The translations under genes were made by a program, and so were the position numbers. The notes beneath the pieces were generated by a model, which did no database searches, had not been told where the DNA came from, and saw only the letters and a list, made by a program, of their open reading frames with translations. DNA of 64,000 bases from contig JABVCE010000011.1 in the NCBI GenBank assembly GCA_014905635.1, positions 62,001-126,000 on the forward strand, given 5' to 3'. Position 1 is the first letter of the stretch; each line of letters begins with the position of its first letter. The DNA comes from Scenedesmus sp. PABB004. Lineage: Eukaryota. Shown here in pieces: positions 1 to 11,418 of this stretch.

Positions 1-261
1 ATGATGGCCGCGCTGCTGCGCGCGCTGAGCCCCGGCCAGGTCACGCTCGCGCTGCACCTGCTCAGCACGTTTGGCTTTGCCGTCGACGCCATCGGCGCCG
101 CCATCCCCGCGGCGTCCCCCGCGGGCGGCGGCGCGGTCATGATCGGCCCGGTGCGCGTGACGCTCGGCGGCGCCGCGCCGGCCGCGCCGGCCGCGGCCGC
201 CGCGGCGGCGGGCGCGAACCAGCGGCTCGCGTGGCGGCCGCCCTTCTTCGTGATGGGCTGA
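1..261 (+). CDS. 3' end of an uncharacterised helical-repeat protein; tandem paralogue of the next gene
   Basis: LSPGQVTLALHLLSTFGFAVDAIGAA...GGAVMIGPVRVTLGG closely matches the last exon of the next gene (LTPGQLQLALQLLDVFGFKLDAIGAA...GGAVMIGPVRVTLGG). The 5' part lies outside the window. Confidence 0.75.
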   Translation: MMAALLRALSPGQVTLALHLLSTFGFAVDAIGAAIPAASPAGGGAVMIGPVRVTLGGAAPAAPAAAAAAAGANQRLAWRPPFFVMG

Positions 262-663
262 GCTGACCGCCCTGGGTGCTGCACTGCGAACCGCTGACCC
301 CTGACCGAGCGAACCCCGGCCCCCCCCGGACGTGGCGAGGGGGCGGGCTCTCCCGCGCCCCGCGGCACTTTTGACCCCCCGGCACTGCAATGAGCGTGAC
401 CGCAGGCCTGGTGTGATATTAACTTGCTGCTGGGGCACGACGTGAGCGCCGCGACACAACACACACCGGCGGCCCGAGCAGCGCGAGCAGCGCGTCACCC
501 GGTCGGCGGCGGCTGCCTAAACCGCCTCCGCAGCTCCGCAGCTGGCCGACGCGCCGGCCGATGCGTGTTGCTGCTCACCAGCACCACGCGGCGCCCTCCG
601 CACGTCGCCTGCCAGCGCGCAGCCTGAGGCACTGCGCGCGCAGCTGCTGTCGTCGGTCAGACG

Positions 664-2992
664 ATGGCGATCCGTCCGACGATGATCGCGGTGATGATGG
701 TCATGGTTTGCATCGGTGCGTGGCGGCCGCGCGCGCACGAGCAGGACGCAGGACGCAGAATTGGGAGCGCTGGCGATGGTTGATGGCCCGCCAGCCCGCG
801 GCGGAGCGACGCCGGCCCACGACGCCGGTCGCAACAAGCGCTCTGACCTGCTCCGCACCCCTACTGCCGCTGCCCGCAGGCGCGGCGGTGAGCGCGGGGG
901 GCACCACGGCAGCGGCGTCACCAGCCGCCGCTCACTCACCCGACCGCACCGCGCCGCCGCCGCCGCCACGGCGCCGTCGCCGCCGCCGCTGCCGCCGCCG
1001 CCGCCACGCCGCCGTCACCGCCGCCGCCGCGCCGCGTGCGCGCAGGGCGCGTGCGACCTCGAGACCGAGGCGGGCAAGATGTCGGCGCTGGCGGAGCCGG
1101 TCGGGCGGCTCGCCTGCCGCCTGCCGCCGGGCGCGGACGCGGCGGCGATCATGGGCGGCCTGACGGGCACACTGCAGGGCCTCTCGCTGACGCAGCTGCG
1201 GGCGCTGCCGCAGCTCATCAAGGCGACCATCGGGCTCTACCCGGCGGCGGTCCAGGTGGGCCCGAGGTCTCATCGTTCAGGCCCTCGGCGCGTGCGGCTG
1301 GCTCGGCTCGCGCCGACCGGCCCCCCGTTGTCCCGCCGCCGCCGCCACCGCCGCCGGCCCGCAGCCGCTGCTGTCGCTGTCAGGCGGCCAGGTGTCGGCG
1401 CTGCTGCCGCTGCTGACCGAGGTCAGCGCCGAGAAGCTCAAGGTCGTGCTGCCGGTCCTCGCGGCGCAGCCGCCCGGCGCGACGGACCGCATGGTCCGCT
1501 TCCTCAAGGGGGTGAGAGCCGCCAGGGCGCGCTGCTCCCGGGGCGCGCGCGCCGCCGCGCCGGCCACGCCGCGGCGGGCGCGACGCCTGCCTGGCTCACG
1601 CGCCCGCCCGCCCGCCCGCCTGCCCGCCCGCCCGCCCGCCCCGATGCCCGGCAGGTCTCGCGCGCGCAGCTCGAGGCGGTGACGCCCGCGCTCGCGCGCA
1701 TGACGCCCGCGCAGCTCGACCTGCTCTCCCGCGCGTCCGGCGCGCTCCCGGCGGGCAGCATGACGCGGCTCGCGGGCATGGTCCGCGGCGTGGGCCCCGT
1801 GGCCAGCAGCACCGTCGTGGCGCCCGGCAAGGGGCGCGTCGCCGCCGCCGGCGCCGCCGCGGGCCTGGGCGGCGGGCTGCAGCTCGGCCCGTGGGCCTCG
1901 TGCGCGCGGGCCCGATTACCCTCGGCCGCAGGCTCGCGCAGCAGGCGGGCGCCGCCGGCTGCGAGCCCTTCCTCAAGGTGAGCTGGGTGGGCCCCAGGGC
2001 GCTGGGTGGGCCCGCGAGCGTGCTGGTACGCCCACGCACGCGCGCGGCGCGCCCGCCGACGCGCCCGCCGACGCGCCCCCGCCGCGCCCGCCGCGCCCGG
2101 CGCGGCAGGGCATTGAGGTCGCCGGCGCCCTGCTGCCCAAGACCGGCGCGGTCGCGTGCAAGTTTGGCGCCGAGCAGCTCGAGCCGGTGCTGCTGCAAGT
2201 CCTGGAGGTGCTCAACGCGCAACCGCCGTCCAGGCTGGCCAACCTGCCGGCGCTCACGCAGGCGATGGCGCACGTGCAGCCCGCCGCCGCCGAGGTGCGC
2301 AGCCACCGCCGCGTCGCGGGCGGCCGCCTGCGGGCCGCGCGGCGCGTGCCAGCAGCAGTGGCGCAGCGCGCCCGCCCGCCGGCCGAGCCGCCTGCCCTCC
2401 CCCCGCGCCGCCGCCCCGCCGCGCAGGCGCTGCTGCGCGTGCCGCCCGCCACGCTCCAGGCGGTGCTGCCCGCGCTCGCGTCGGCCGACGCGGCGACGCT
2501 GCAGGGCCAGCTCGGCGCGCTCGGGGGGCTCGACGCCTCGCTGGTCAAGCGCATGGTCTACTTCATCAAGGCGGTGCGCTGCGCGCGCTGTGCGCTGCGT
2601 GCGCTGCGTGTGCTGTGCGCGCTGCGCTGCGTGCTGTGCGCGTCATTGTGCAAGCGCGCGACGAGCGCCGCGCCGCGCCGCACGCGCCTGGCCCCACCCG
2701 CGCCCGCCCGCGCCCGCGCCCGGCCCCCGGCGCGCAGACGCCCGCGCCGCAGCTCGCGCGCCTCGTGCCGGCCTTTGGCTCGATGACGGACGCGCAGGTC
2801 GACTCGACCGTCGCGCTGCTCAACTCGCTGACGCCCGGGCAGCTGCAGCTCGCGCTGCAGCTGCTGGACGTGTTTGGCTTCAAGCTTGATGCCATTGGTG
2901 CAGCGATGCCGCAGAGCGGCGCCGCGCCGGCCGGCGGCGCGGTCATGATCGGCCCGGTGCGCGTGACGCTCGGCGGCGTGACGCTGGGCTGA
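664..2992 (+). CDS. Uncharacterised, probably secreted, helical-repeat protein (multi-exon; apparent frameshift near 1890)
   Basis: Signal-peptide-like MAIRPTMIAVMMVMVCIG. Inferred exons 664-715, 880-887, 1046-1256, 1392-1511, 1655-1978, 2109-2294, ~2427-2574, ~2738-2992. Repeated (S/T)xxQL helical motifs. Confidence 0.65.
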
Positions 2993-3410
2993 GGCCGCGG
3001 GCCGAGACGCGAGCGCGTGGCTCGAGTAGTGGGCAGCGGGGAGCGGCGGCGGCGGCTGAGCCCACGCAGGGGAGCGATCGCGAGCTCGAGCGGGGCGCGA
3101 GGGCAGAGCGCGGGGGCGGCGGCGCGCGGGGGCTCCCAGGTCGCCCACGGCGCTGGCGCGGGCGGTGTCATGGGGAGGGCCATCAAGTCATCAAGTTGCA
3201 ATCTCTTCGTCTTGCCTTCTTCTCGCCTCCACACATTGTCCGCCCAATGCAGGCCCGCAAGTGACTCAAGCGCCCCCCCCCCCCCGCAAGTCAGGCGCCC
3301 GTCTGGCTTCTTCATGCTGGCCCTACCCCCCTCGCGGTGTCACGCCCCGGCACCGGACCCCCCGCCTCCTGCTGCGCCCCCTGCCTCTGCCGCCCGCCGC
3401 GCCTCCCGCC

Positions 3411-5579
3411 TCACGCCGCGGCCGGCGCGGCGCCCGCGCCCGCGCGCGCCGCCGACAGCACCTCGAGTGTCTGCTGCGCGATGCTCAGCTCCTCGTCCGT
3501 CGGCACGACCAGCACGCGCGTGCGGGCGCCCGGGCCGCTGATGTCGCCCTGCGCGCCGCCCACGGTCGCCTCGTTGGCCGCGGGGTCCACCTCAATGCCC
3601 AGGCCCTGCGCAACAACCCAGCAGCGGCGGTGATGGCTTGGGCGGGCGCTGCAGCGCCCCCGCGCGCGGCGCCCCACGCGCGCCGCCGCCGCCGCGCGCT
3701 GCACCCGCGCTGCGACGCCCGCCGCGCGCCGCCCGCCGCGCCTGCAGGTCGTCGGTGATGAGTCGTCGTATGAGCGCGCTGTTCTCGCCGATGCCGGCGC
3801 TGAAGACGAGCGCGTCCAGCCGGCCCCCGAGCGCCGCGGCGTACGACCCGATATACTTGCGCACGCGGTACACAAAGACATCCAGTGCCAGCCCCGCGCG
3901 CGCGTCGCCGCCCGCCTGGCGCGCCGCGGGTTGAGGTGTGGGGTGGCCGGGGTCGGGCGGGCGGCGGGGGGCGGGCGGGCGGGCGGGGGTTGGTCGGCGC
4001 GACGCGGCGTGCGGTGTGCCAGGGCGAGGCAGGCGGCGCGGCATGTGGCGCTGCGGGGAGGGCGCGGCGCCCGCGCCGCGCCTGGCGGTCGATGATGGCG
4101 CGCAGGTCGTTGTCGCCGCACAGCCCCGCCAGCCCGGCGCGCTTGTTGAGCGTGGCCGCCATGTCGGCGGCGCTCGCGCCCGTGGTCGCCATCATGTGCA
4201 GCGGTATGGCCGGGTCGAGGTCGCCGCAGCGCGTGCCCATCACCAGCCTGCGATACGGGCGCGCGGGCGCCGGGCGGGCGGGCGACTGGGCGCGCGGGCA
4301 CGCGCGGGCTCGGGCGACGGCGCGGCGGCCGCGGCGCTTCGGGCGCTGCGTCGGCGCGCCCCCGCGGCGCCGCACCCCTCCAGCGGCGTGAGGCCCATGC
4401 TCGTGTCCACGCTCAGCCCGCCCTTCACCGCGGTCACGCTGCTGCCGTTGCCTGCACGCCGCGGGCGGCACGCGAGGCTCGGCGCGCGCACGCCGGCCGC
4501 CGCGCCGCACCGCGCGTGCCCTGCGCGCCGCGCCGCACCCAGGTGGCAGGTGATGGCGTTGAGCTGCTCCAGCGGCCTGCCCAGCATGCCCGCCGCGGTG
4601 GCGGCGAGGTACTTGTGGCTGGTGCCGTGGAAGCCGTAGCGCCGAATCTGCCCAGGGCAGCAGCGGCGGCGGGCGGCGGCGCGCGTTGGCGGCGGCGGCG
4701 CGCGGCGGCGGCGTCCAGGCGGGAGCGCAGCAGCCCCGGGGCGGGCTGCCGCGGCCGCGCGCGGCCGCGGTGCGCGGCGCCGCCGCGGGGGCACCTTGTG
4801 CTGCTCGTACCACTCCCACGGCACGCCGTACATGTAGGCCGCCGGCGGCATGGTCTGGTGGAACGCGGTGTCAAACACGCCCACCTGGGCGCGGGGCGAG
4901 GCGGGGCGGCGCGGCGCGGCGGACGGCAGCGGCGGTCGGCCGCTGCGCTGCCGGGCGGGAGCGCTCCCGCGGCGCGCGGCGCGCCCCGGGTCACCTGCGG
5001 CACGCCGCGGAAGACCTTTTGCGCCGCGGCGATGCCCTGCAGGCCCGGCGGGTTGTGCAGCGGCGCGAGCGTGGCCGCGAGCTTGACCTTGGCGACGACC
5101 TGCGCGCCGCGCCGCGGCGGCCGCCTTGTGAGGGGCCGCCGCGCGCGGCGCCCGCGCCCTCCCTCCCCGCGCGCCACACAGCGCGGCAGCGCGCGCGCGC
5201 GCGCCCGCCCGCCTGCACGCGCCTCGTCGGTGAGCAGCGCTGCGGCGTGGATGTCGAGGCCATGCACGACGCGGTGCCCGACCGCCGCGACCTCGCGCGC
5301 GATGCTGGGGCTCACGTGCGCGGTCAGGAAGGCCATGATCGCCTCCATGGCCTCCACGTGGTCCCGGATCGGCGCCGCCTCGCCCCACTTGGTCCCCGGG
5401 GCGCCGCCGGCGCCCGGTGGCGCCTTGGCGGTCAGGCAGGAGCGCGCGGCGTCACCGATGCGGTCGACCATGCCGCCCACGCCCGCCGCAAAGGGCGCGA
5501 GCGAGAAGAGCTTGAACTTGAGGCTCGAGCTGCCCGCGTTCAGCACCAGGATGCGCCCCGCGGCGCCGAGCGGCCCCAT
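3411..5579 (-). CDS. ackA: Acetate kinase (8 exons)
   Basis: Motifs [82 protein letters not shown] and PTDEE occur in order across spliced exons. Confidence 0.97.
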
Positions 5580-6206
5580 CGCGGCAGCGGTTGCGGGCGC
5601 TGCGCAGGAGCAGCGCGGCGCGGCGCGGCGCGGCGCGGCGCGGCTGGCGGCGGCAGCCTCGCGTCGGTTCCGGGTAGGGCGTGGGAGCGGTGTCGGCGCC
5701 TCAGCGGCGGCGATCGGGCGTGGAGCGACTGCAGCGGCGGGAGGCGCGCGGCGGCGGCGGGCCTGCTGCTGCTGTCGGCGCAGGACGCGCGGGCGGGAGC
5801 GCCGCGGTCAGCGCACGGTGTCGGGGGATCGGGAGCCGGTCCCGGAGACGTCGAGGCGGGACGATGGTGGAGCCGCGCGGGTTTTCGGAGCGCGGCACCG
5901 CGGCCCGTGGGCCCTGCCGCGCCCGGCGCTGCCCGTCAGACCGGCCCACAGGCTCCTGTAGACGGTGCGCCAGCCGCGGCCCAGCGGCCGCCCCACGGCA
6001 GGCGCCAGCGGCGGCGGCGGCGCAGCTCGCTCACGCCGGCCGGCGCGGCGCCGTCAGGGGGCCGCAGGGGCCCCAGCCCGGCCCCCTGAGTGCAACAGGA
6101 CCGGAGCTGTCTCTCCGGGCAGCGCCAGCTGGGGGCTGCGCGCCGGCGCCGGCGCCGGCGGCGCCAGGCGGGCAGCAGCGCGGCGGCCGCGCCAGGCGGG
6201 CGCGAG

Positions 6207-8876
6207 ATGGAGGCGGCGGCCGCGCTCGTGGCGCAGGCACCCGTGCTGCGCGACTGGCGGCGCAACGTGGCCACCACGGTCGTCTTCCTGACCGTGAGCA
6301 CGGTGCTCATCGCAGGTGCGGCGGCGCTGTGTGTGGCGCGGGGGTGCTCGCACCGCCGCTGCGCGCCGCCGGCCCACCCCGCCTCTCGCCCCGCCCTGCG
6401 CCGACCGCCGCAGGCGGCGCGGACTGGTCCTACCGCAGCGTGCGCATGTGGGCGCACAGCAAAGGTGCGCGCGCCGCCGCCCGGGCGCGCGGGCTGCGCC
6501 GCCGCGCGCCGCGCCGCGCCGCGCCGCGCCGCGCCCGGGCGACCGCCGCCGCGCGCCCCGGGGCGCAGTCAACACCAATATCACGATGCCGGTCAGCGAC
6601 TGGCAGCTGGAGGTGCGCATGCGCTGGGTCCGGGCGCCGCCGCCGGCGACGACGACGATCGGCGAGCTGTTTGAGGCCCACCCGCTGAAGACCAAGCTCT
6701 ATAGCGTCGGCCTGCTCTGCTCGCCGCGCTGGGCGCTGCTCTGGGCGTGGGCGTTCGACCGCGAGCCGGGGCTGCGCCTGCTGCAGACGCACATCGCACA
6801 GCACCAGGCGCGCGCGCGCGCGGCGCGGCGCGGCGCGGCGCGGCGCGGCGGGCAGCGCCCGCGCGGCGGCGGCGGCGCGCTGACGCGCCCTGCCCGCCCC
6901 GCCCGGCGCGGCGCCCAGGCGGCGGTCGCGGGCCGCATCAAGGGCGTGCTGTCGGCGCTCGCGCCCGAGCTGCTGCCCGACGCGCTCGCCGAGGCCGCGG
7001 CGGCGGAGGGCTCGCCGCTGCAGCGCCTCGGCCGCGCGCTCGGCGGCCTCGACGCGCAGCGGCTCTGGTGGTGGGCCTGGCTGCTCTGCCCCGGCCTGCA
7101 GACCGCCTACCTCATGTTCTTCTTTGCCGCGCGCTCGCCCATCAAGCTCGCATACGCGGGGCTCATCGGTGCGGGCCGCGCGCTCAGCGCACACAGCGCG
7201 CGCAGCACGCGCGCCGTCCTGCAAGCTGCGCTTGCCGTCCTGCAAGCTGCGCTTGCCGTCCTGCAAGCTGCGCTTGCCGTCCTGCAAGCTGCGCGCGCCG
7301 TCCTGCAAGCTGCGCGCGGCGTCCTGCAAGCTGCGCGCCGCCCGCCCCGCCGCGCCCCGGCCGCGGCCCAGGCGGCGCGCGCACGGTGGTGGAGCTGCTC
7401 GCGCTGGTCAAGTGCGCGCAGGCGCTGTGCCGGCGCAACCGGCGCGCGGTGGTGCACTCGCTGCTCTGCTGTTACCTCCTGCCCCTCATCATGACCGTGC
7501 AGGCGCGCCGCCGCAAGCCACGTGGCTTGGCTGTGCCGCGCTGCCCGGCCCGGCCCGCTGCCGCCGCCGCCGCCGCTGCCGCCGCCGCTGCCGCCGCCGC
7601 TGCCGCCCGGCCTTACCCGCACCGCGCCGCGCCGTGTTGCGCCGCGGCAGAGCCTCGCGGTGCTGCTGCTGCTCGGCGTGTTCCTGCCGTCGTGGATCGT
7701 GCACATTTGTGTCGTCGCCTTCTGCCTGTGGGGCCCGCCGGTCATGATCGCGCTGATGACCACCGCCTGGCAGCCGCAGCGCGGCGCGCAGGTGCGGGGC
7801 GCCACGCGGCCCGGCGCGGCGCGGCGCGCAGCTGCAGGCAGGGTGCGCCGCGCGGCAGCCGGCAGCCGGGAGTGCTCAACTCGGCGCCGCCGCCGCCGCC
7901 GCCCGCAGCTGCCCGGCGTGGCCGAGGCGCCCGCCGGCGCGCCGGCCGGGGCTGGCGCCGCGGGCGCGGTGGACGCAATGGCGGCGCTCGTCGGCGCGGG
8001 CGGCGCCGGCGGCGTGTGGGGCGCCGTCGCGGCCGCGGCTGCGCCTGCGCCGGCGGCGTCCGCGACGCCGCACTGGCCCAAGCCGCTGCAGGTGCGCGCC
8101 GCGGCGCGCATCGCGCCGGCGCGTGGCGGCCTGCCGGCCGTCCGCGCGCAGCAGCCGCCGACGCCTCCGACGCCGACGGCGCCGGCCAGGTGCCCGAGGC
8201 CGTGGAGGAGAGCTGCGTTGTGCCGTCCTATTTCGTGTGCCCCATCACGCACAGGTGTGTGCTGGGCGCGAGCCGTGCTGTGCGCGGCGGGGCGACCCTC
8301 CGTGCCACGCGCCTGGCGCTCGCGGCGCACGCGCCCCGCGTCGCCGCCGCGCCGCCCTCCCCGCAGCGTGATGACGGAGCCGGCCGTCACGGCCACGGGC
8401 GCGACGTACGAGCGCGCGGCAATTGTCGAGTGGCTGCGCAGCCAGCGGTGGGCGGCGCGCCCTGCGCCGGGGCTGCGCCGGCGGGGCGTGCGACGTCGCC
8501 ACGCCCACGCGCATGCGCACGCCCACACCCGCCGCCGCCCCGCCCGCGCCGCCGCCGCAGGCGCGACCCGCTGACGGGCCGGCCGCTCGCGCCGGAGCAG
8601 GTGAGCCCCAACCTCGCGCTGTGGCGGGCGATCGAGGAGTGGCTGGACGCGCGCCGGCGCGGCCTCGAGGCGGCCGCCGCGCAGGGCGGCGGCGCCACGG
8701 CCGACGGCAGCAGCGCGAGCGCCGCTGGGCCCACGGCCGGCGCCGGGGCGGGGCTGGCCGCGGCCGCGGCGCTCGCAAAGCAGCAGCAGCAGCTGCTGCG
8801 CAAGCGCCCCGCCAGCCGGCGCGGCAGCACCGACGCGGGCGGCGACGACCAGGCCGGCGGCGCGCCGCCGCCGTAG
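6207..8876 (+). CDS. Multi-pass membrane protein with C-terminal U-box (putative E3 ligase)
   Basis: Spliced U-box VPSYFVCPITHSVMTEPAVTATGATYERAAIVEWL...DPLTGRPLAPEQVSPNLALWRAIEEW. Several hydrophobic segments lie upstream. Confidence 0.85.
7211..7338. repeat. 21-bp minisatellite, 6 copies, inside a U-box gene intron
   Basis: GCCGTCCTGCAAGCTGCGC(TT/GC) repeated in tandem between a GT donor at 7169 and an AG acceptor at ~7371. Confidence 0.9.
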
Positions 8877-9293
8877 TGGCGCCGGCCGGGTGAATGCTGC
8901 CGCTGCGCGCCGCGCGGTCGGCCCTTTAGCAATCAATTTTGGTCCTCTGCTTGTGCTGAGCTGCGTGTGCGCTGCCTTCCTGCTGCCTGCCCTTGCAGGC
9001 GCGCGTCTGCGCGTGCCGTGACCCCTCCCCTGCCTGCGCCGCCATTCCTGCCGCTCTGCCCTGTGCGCGCTGCTGTGCTCCACTGTAAACGCACCACGCG
9101 CTCCAGGGGTGGGCACGCCGCGCAGGGCGCCGCCACGCAGGGCGCCGCGCGCACAAGCGCAGACCGCTCGGCGGCGGTGCCGAGCTGGCCGCCGCCGCCG
9201 CCGCCGATGCCGGCGGCGAGGACTCGCCCGCCGCCGCCCCGTGCACTGCGGCCGATGATCCCGATGATCGCCAGGGGTGAACAAAGCGCCTCC

Positions 9294-9558
9294 CGGCGCA
9301 TCCCGGAAGAAGGGAGTTACACAGGGTGAATCATGCGCCTACGGCGCCGGGACCCTGACGGTTGAAGCGTTTCAGTCTCGCATGCAGCTGCCGCCCCAGC
9401 GACGCCAACTCCCAAAAGCATCGCGGCGCATCCCGGCCTGGCGAAGGGAGTTACACAGGGTGAATCTTGCGCCTACGGCGCCGGGACCCTGACGGTTGAA
9501 GCGTTTCAGTCTCGCATGCAGCTGCCGCCCCAGCGACGCCAACTCCCAAAAGCATCGC
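9294..9558. repeat. ~130-bp tandem direct duplication
   Basis: CGGCGCATCCCGG...GAAGGGAGTTACACAGGGTGAATC...CCCAAAAGCATCGC occurs at 9294-9424 and 9424-9558. Confidence 0.92.
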
Positions 9559-9804
9559 CACATCCACACCAAGTGTTGTCACCGCCACACACACCGTGCC
9601 AGACGTCTTGCTGCAGGGGTTTTATTCAGTAGTGTCGGCGGCAGCCGGTTGACCGCAGCATGCACACCCCCGCTGGGGCACACGTTGCGCGCACGCGAGC
9701 GCTCCGTGTCTGTTGTCACGTTTGAACTGGCAAGGTGCTGTTAGCACCCACACACACCGGCGCTCGAGGGGACCCCCGGCGCATGCAGGCGCAGCCGAGG
9801 CTGC

Positions 9805-10035
9805 TCAACGTCGCACAAGAGTCAAGCCGTTGCCACGCAGGCTGACAGTGCTCCAAGCCACAAAGGGCTGGCGCGTAAGGCTAGCAGTGCGGGCGGCGAG
9901 CGGAACACGGGCCGTCGCCGCAAAGTCGGCCAGCGCCTCCCAGAACGCGCCCACCGCCGCCCGCAGCACTATGTCCCGCGCCAACTCAAACGGCAAGGGG
10001 CGCTGCCGGATCTGCAGGAAAATCCATGCCACTCG
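9805..10035 (-). mobile_element. C-terminal fragment of an L1-like non-LTR retrotransposon ORF2
   Basis: RAAVGAFWEALADF...QPFVAW resembles the end of chlorophyte L1-type ORF2 (recalled, not searched). A related AVASFWAWLADFV motif occurs at ~19240. Confidence 0.6.
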
Positions 10036-10138
10036 GCGGCCGCGCTCACACGCGTATATGGCTGCGATGCATCCCGGCCAGGAAGAAGGGCGTTACCAGG
10101 GGTGCATCCCGGCCTTCCGGGCAAAAATCACGTCCATG

Positions 10139-10225
10139 TGGTGTGAGTGGGATTCGAACCCACGCCCGGAATTACCCGGAACAGGTCTTAAATCTGTCGC
10201 CTTGGGACCGCTCGGCCATCACACC
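10139..10225 (-). tRNA. trnL-UAA: tRNA-Leu, anticodon UAA
   Basis: GGTGTGA/TCACACC acceptor stem, TGGCCGAGCGG A-box, ACAGA-TTTAAGA-CCTGT anticodon arm, long variable arm, GGTTCGAATCC T-loop, and T5 about 10 nt downstream. Confidence 0.95.
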
Positions 10226-10304
10226 AAAAAGCTGCTGCAAACGTTCGCTGTCAGGTGGGAATTGTTGTAATATGATGTAGTGTGTGTCTTAAAAATGGCC
10301 TTTC

Positions 10305-10446
10305 GCCAGGCTGGATGGACTGGTCGCAGGGACGGCTGGATGGACTGGTCGGAGGGACGGCAGGCCGCGCCTCGCCGCTCTGGGCCCGCCGTCGTGGGGC
10401 CCGCCCGGAGCGTACCGGGCCCCGCCGTGTAACCAACAGCAACAGC
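10305..10446 (+). mobile_element. 3' end of a non-LTR element (hairpin + TGTAA + AAC-rich tail)
   Basis: Ends in CCCGGAGCGTACCGGGCCCCGCCGTGTAACCAACAGCAAC, the same unit as the 11.8-12.0 kb array. Confidence 0.6.
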
Positions 10447-10604
10447 CGTCGTCGCGGCCTCCCGCGCCGGCGGCGGTACCGTGGAGCGCCTGGCTGCGCG
10501 GCTGCGCAAGGTGCGCGTCGGCGACGGCGCGGTGCGGCCGCGGCGCCGCAGGCCGCCGCGCGGCAGCGCCGCCCCCGCCCCCCGCCCCCCAAATGCCCAG
10601 CCGC

Positions 10605-10790
10605 ACAAAGACAAAGACAAAGACAAAGATAGTTACACCACAGGCTCGCGCCCATTGGTCCCGCGCCCCTTAAGGACGGTGTCCCGCATCTTCCAGATGT
10701 CCATCACATAATCTGCCACAGAATGAGCAGCAAGCTGATCCTGCAGCAGATCACCAAGCAGATAACGCCGAGCCTGCTCCAGTGCTGCAC
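10605..10790 (-). mobile_element. 3' end of a second non-LTR family with a (CTTTGT)4 tail
   Basis: ORF end YLLGD...VADYVMDIWKMR...EPVV, with the stop inside TGTAA and a hexamer tail immediately after. GC is lower than the flanks. Confidence 0.6.
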
Positions 10791-10813
10791 ACCGACCCGC
10801 CGCGCCGGTAACG

Positions 10814-11003
10814 GCAGCCCGAGGGGCCTCCGCACCAGCAGCGACGCTGCTGACGCTGACCACCGCACTGACATCAGCAGCCCGAGGGGCCGCCGTATCA
10901 ACCGCGACGCCGCTGTCGCTGATGCTGACCGCCGCGTCTGCGTCAGCAGCCCGAGGGGCCGCCGCGCTAGCCACGACGCCGGGGTCGCTGACGCCGGGGT
11001 CGC
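10814..11003. repeat. Degenerate 63-69 bp tandem repeat, 3 copies
   Basis: GCAGCCCGAGGGGCC at about 10814, 10877 and 10946. Confidence 0.75.
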
Positions 11004-11042
11004 ACTAGGCGGGCGCGGCGCGCCGCGCCGGGCTGCGCTGCG

Positions 11043-11394
11043 CTCCGCGTGGTGAGCCACAACGTCGACGGCCTCGGGGCGCGGCTCAGCCCCCAGGCCG
11101 AACACGGACTCCCCGTCGCGGAGTGGGGCCGGCCGGAGTGGGGCCGGCCGGAGGCTGCGGCGCAGGCGTGGGTGGAGTTGGGCGCTGACGTCGTGCTGGT
11201 GCAGGAGGTCAGCGTGCCGCGCGCGCAGCTCGACGGCGTGCTGCGGCGCATCAACGCGGCCGCCGAGGCGCACCACGCCGCAGTGCGTGGCGGCGCGCAC
11301 GGCGGCTTCGACGCTGAGTTCTGCCTGGACGACGGCTCGCCGGGCTCGGCAGGCGTCGCCATCCTTTGGCGGCGCCGGCTGGTCGAGCAAGAGG
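11043..11394 (+). mobile_element. APE-type endonuclease N-terminal fragment of an L1-like retrotransposon
   Basis: LRVVSHNVDGL...ADVVLVQE...GSAGVAILW are the first EEP/APE motifs. The similarity stops abruptly at a tRNA fragment. Confidence 0.8.
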
Positions 11395-11418
11395 CGCTCG
11401 GCCATCACACCAAAAAGC
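11395..11418 (-). pseudogene. 5' remnant of a second tRNA-Leu gene plus upstream flank
   Basis: 24-nt exact match CGCTCGGCCATCACACCAAAAAGC to 10209-10232 (17 nt of tRNA plus 7 nt of flank). Confidence 0.8.

Noticed and set aside
7211..7338. Coding heptad repeat (VLQAALA)n
   Set aside because: It lies between a good GT donor and AG acceptor, and the coding frame resumes correctly after splicing.
9294..9558. Hammerhead ribozyme or Penelope-type repeat
   Set aside because: No CTGANGA...GAAA core was found on either strand.
9805..10225. tRNA-headed SINE (tRNA plus L1 tail)
   Set aside because: The tRNA is intact and has a T5 terminator about 10 nt downstream, so a gene with a neighbouring insertion fits better.
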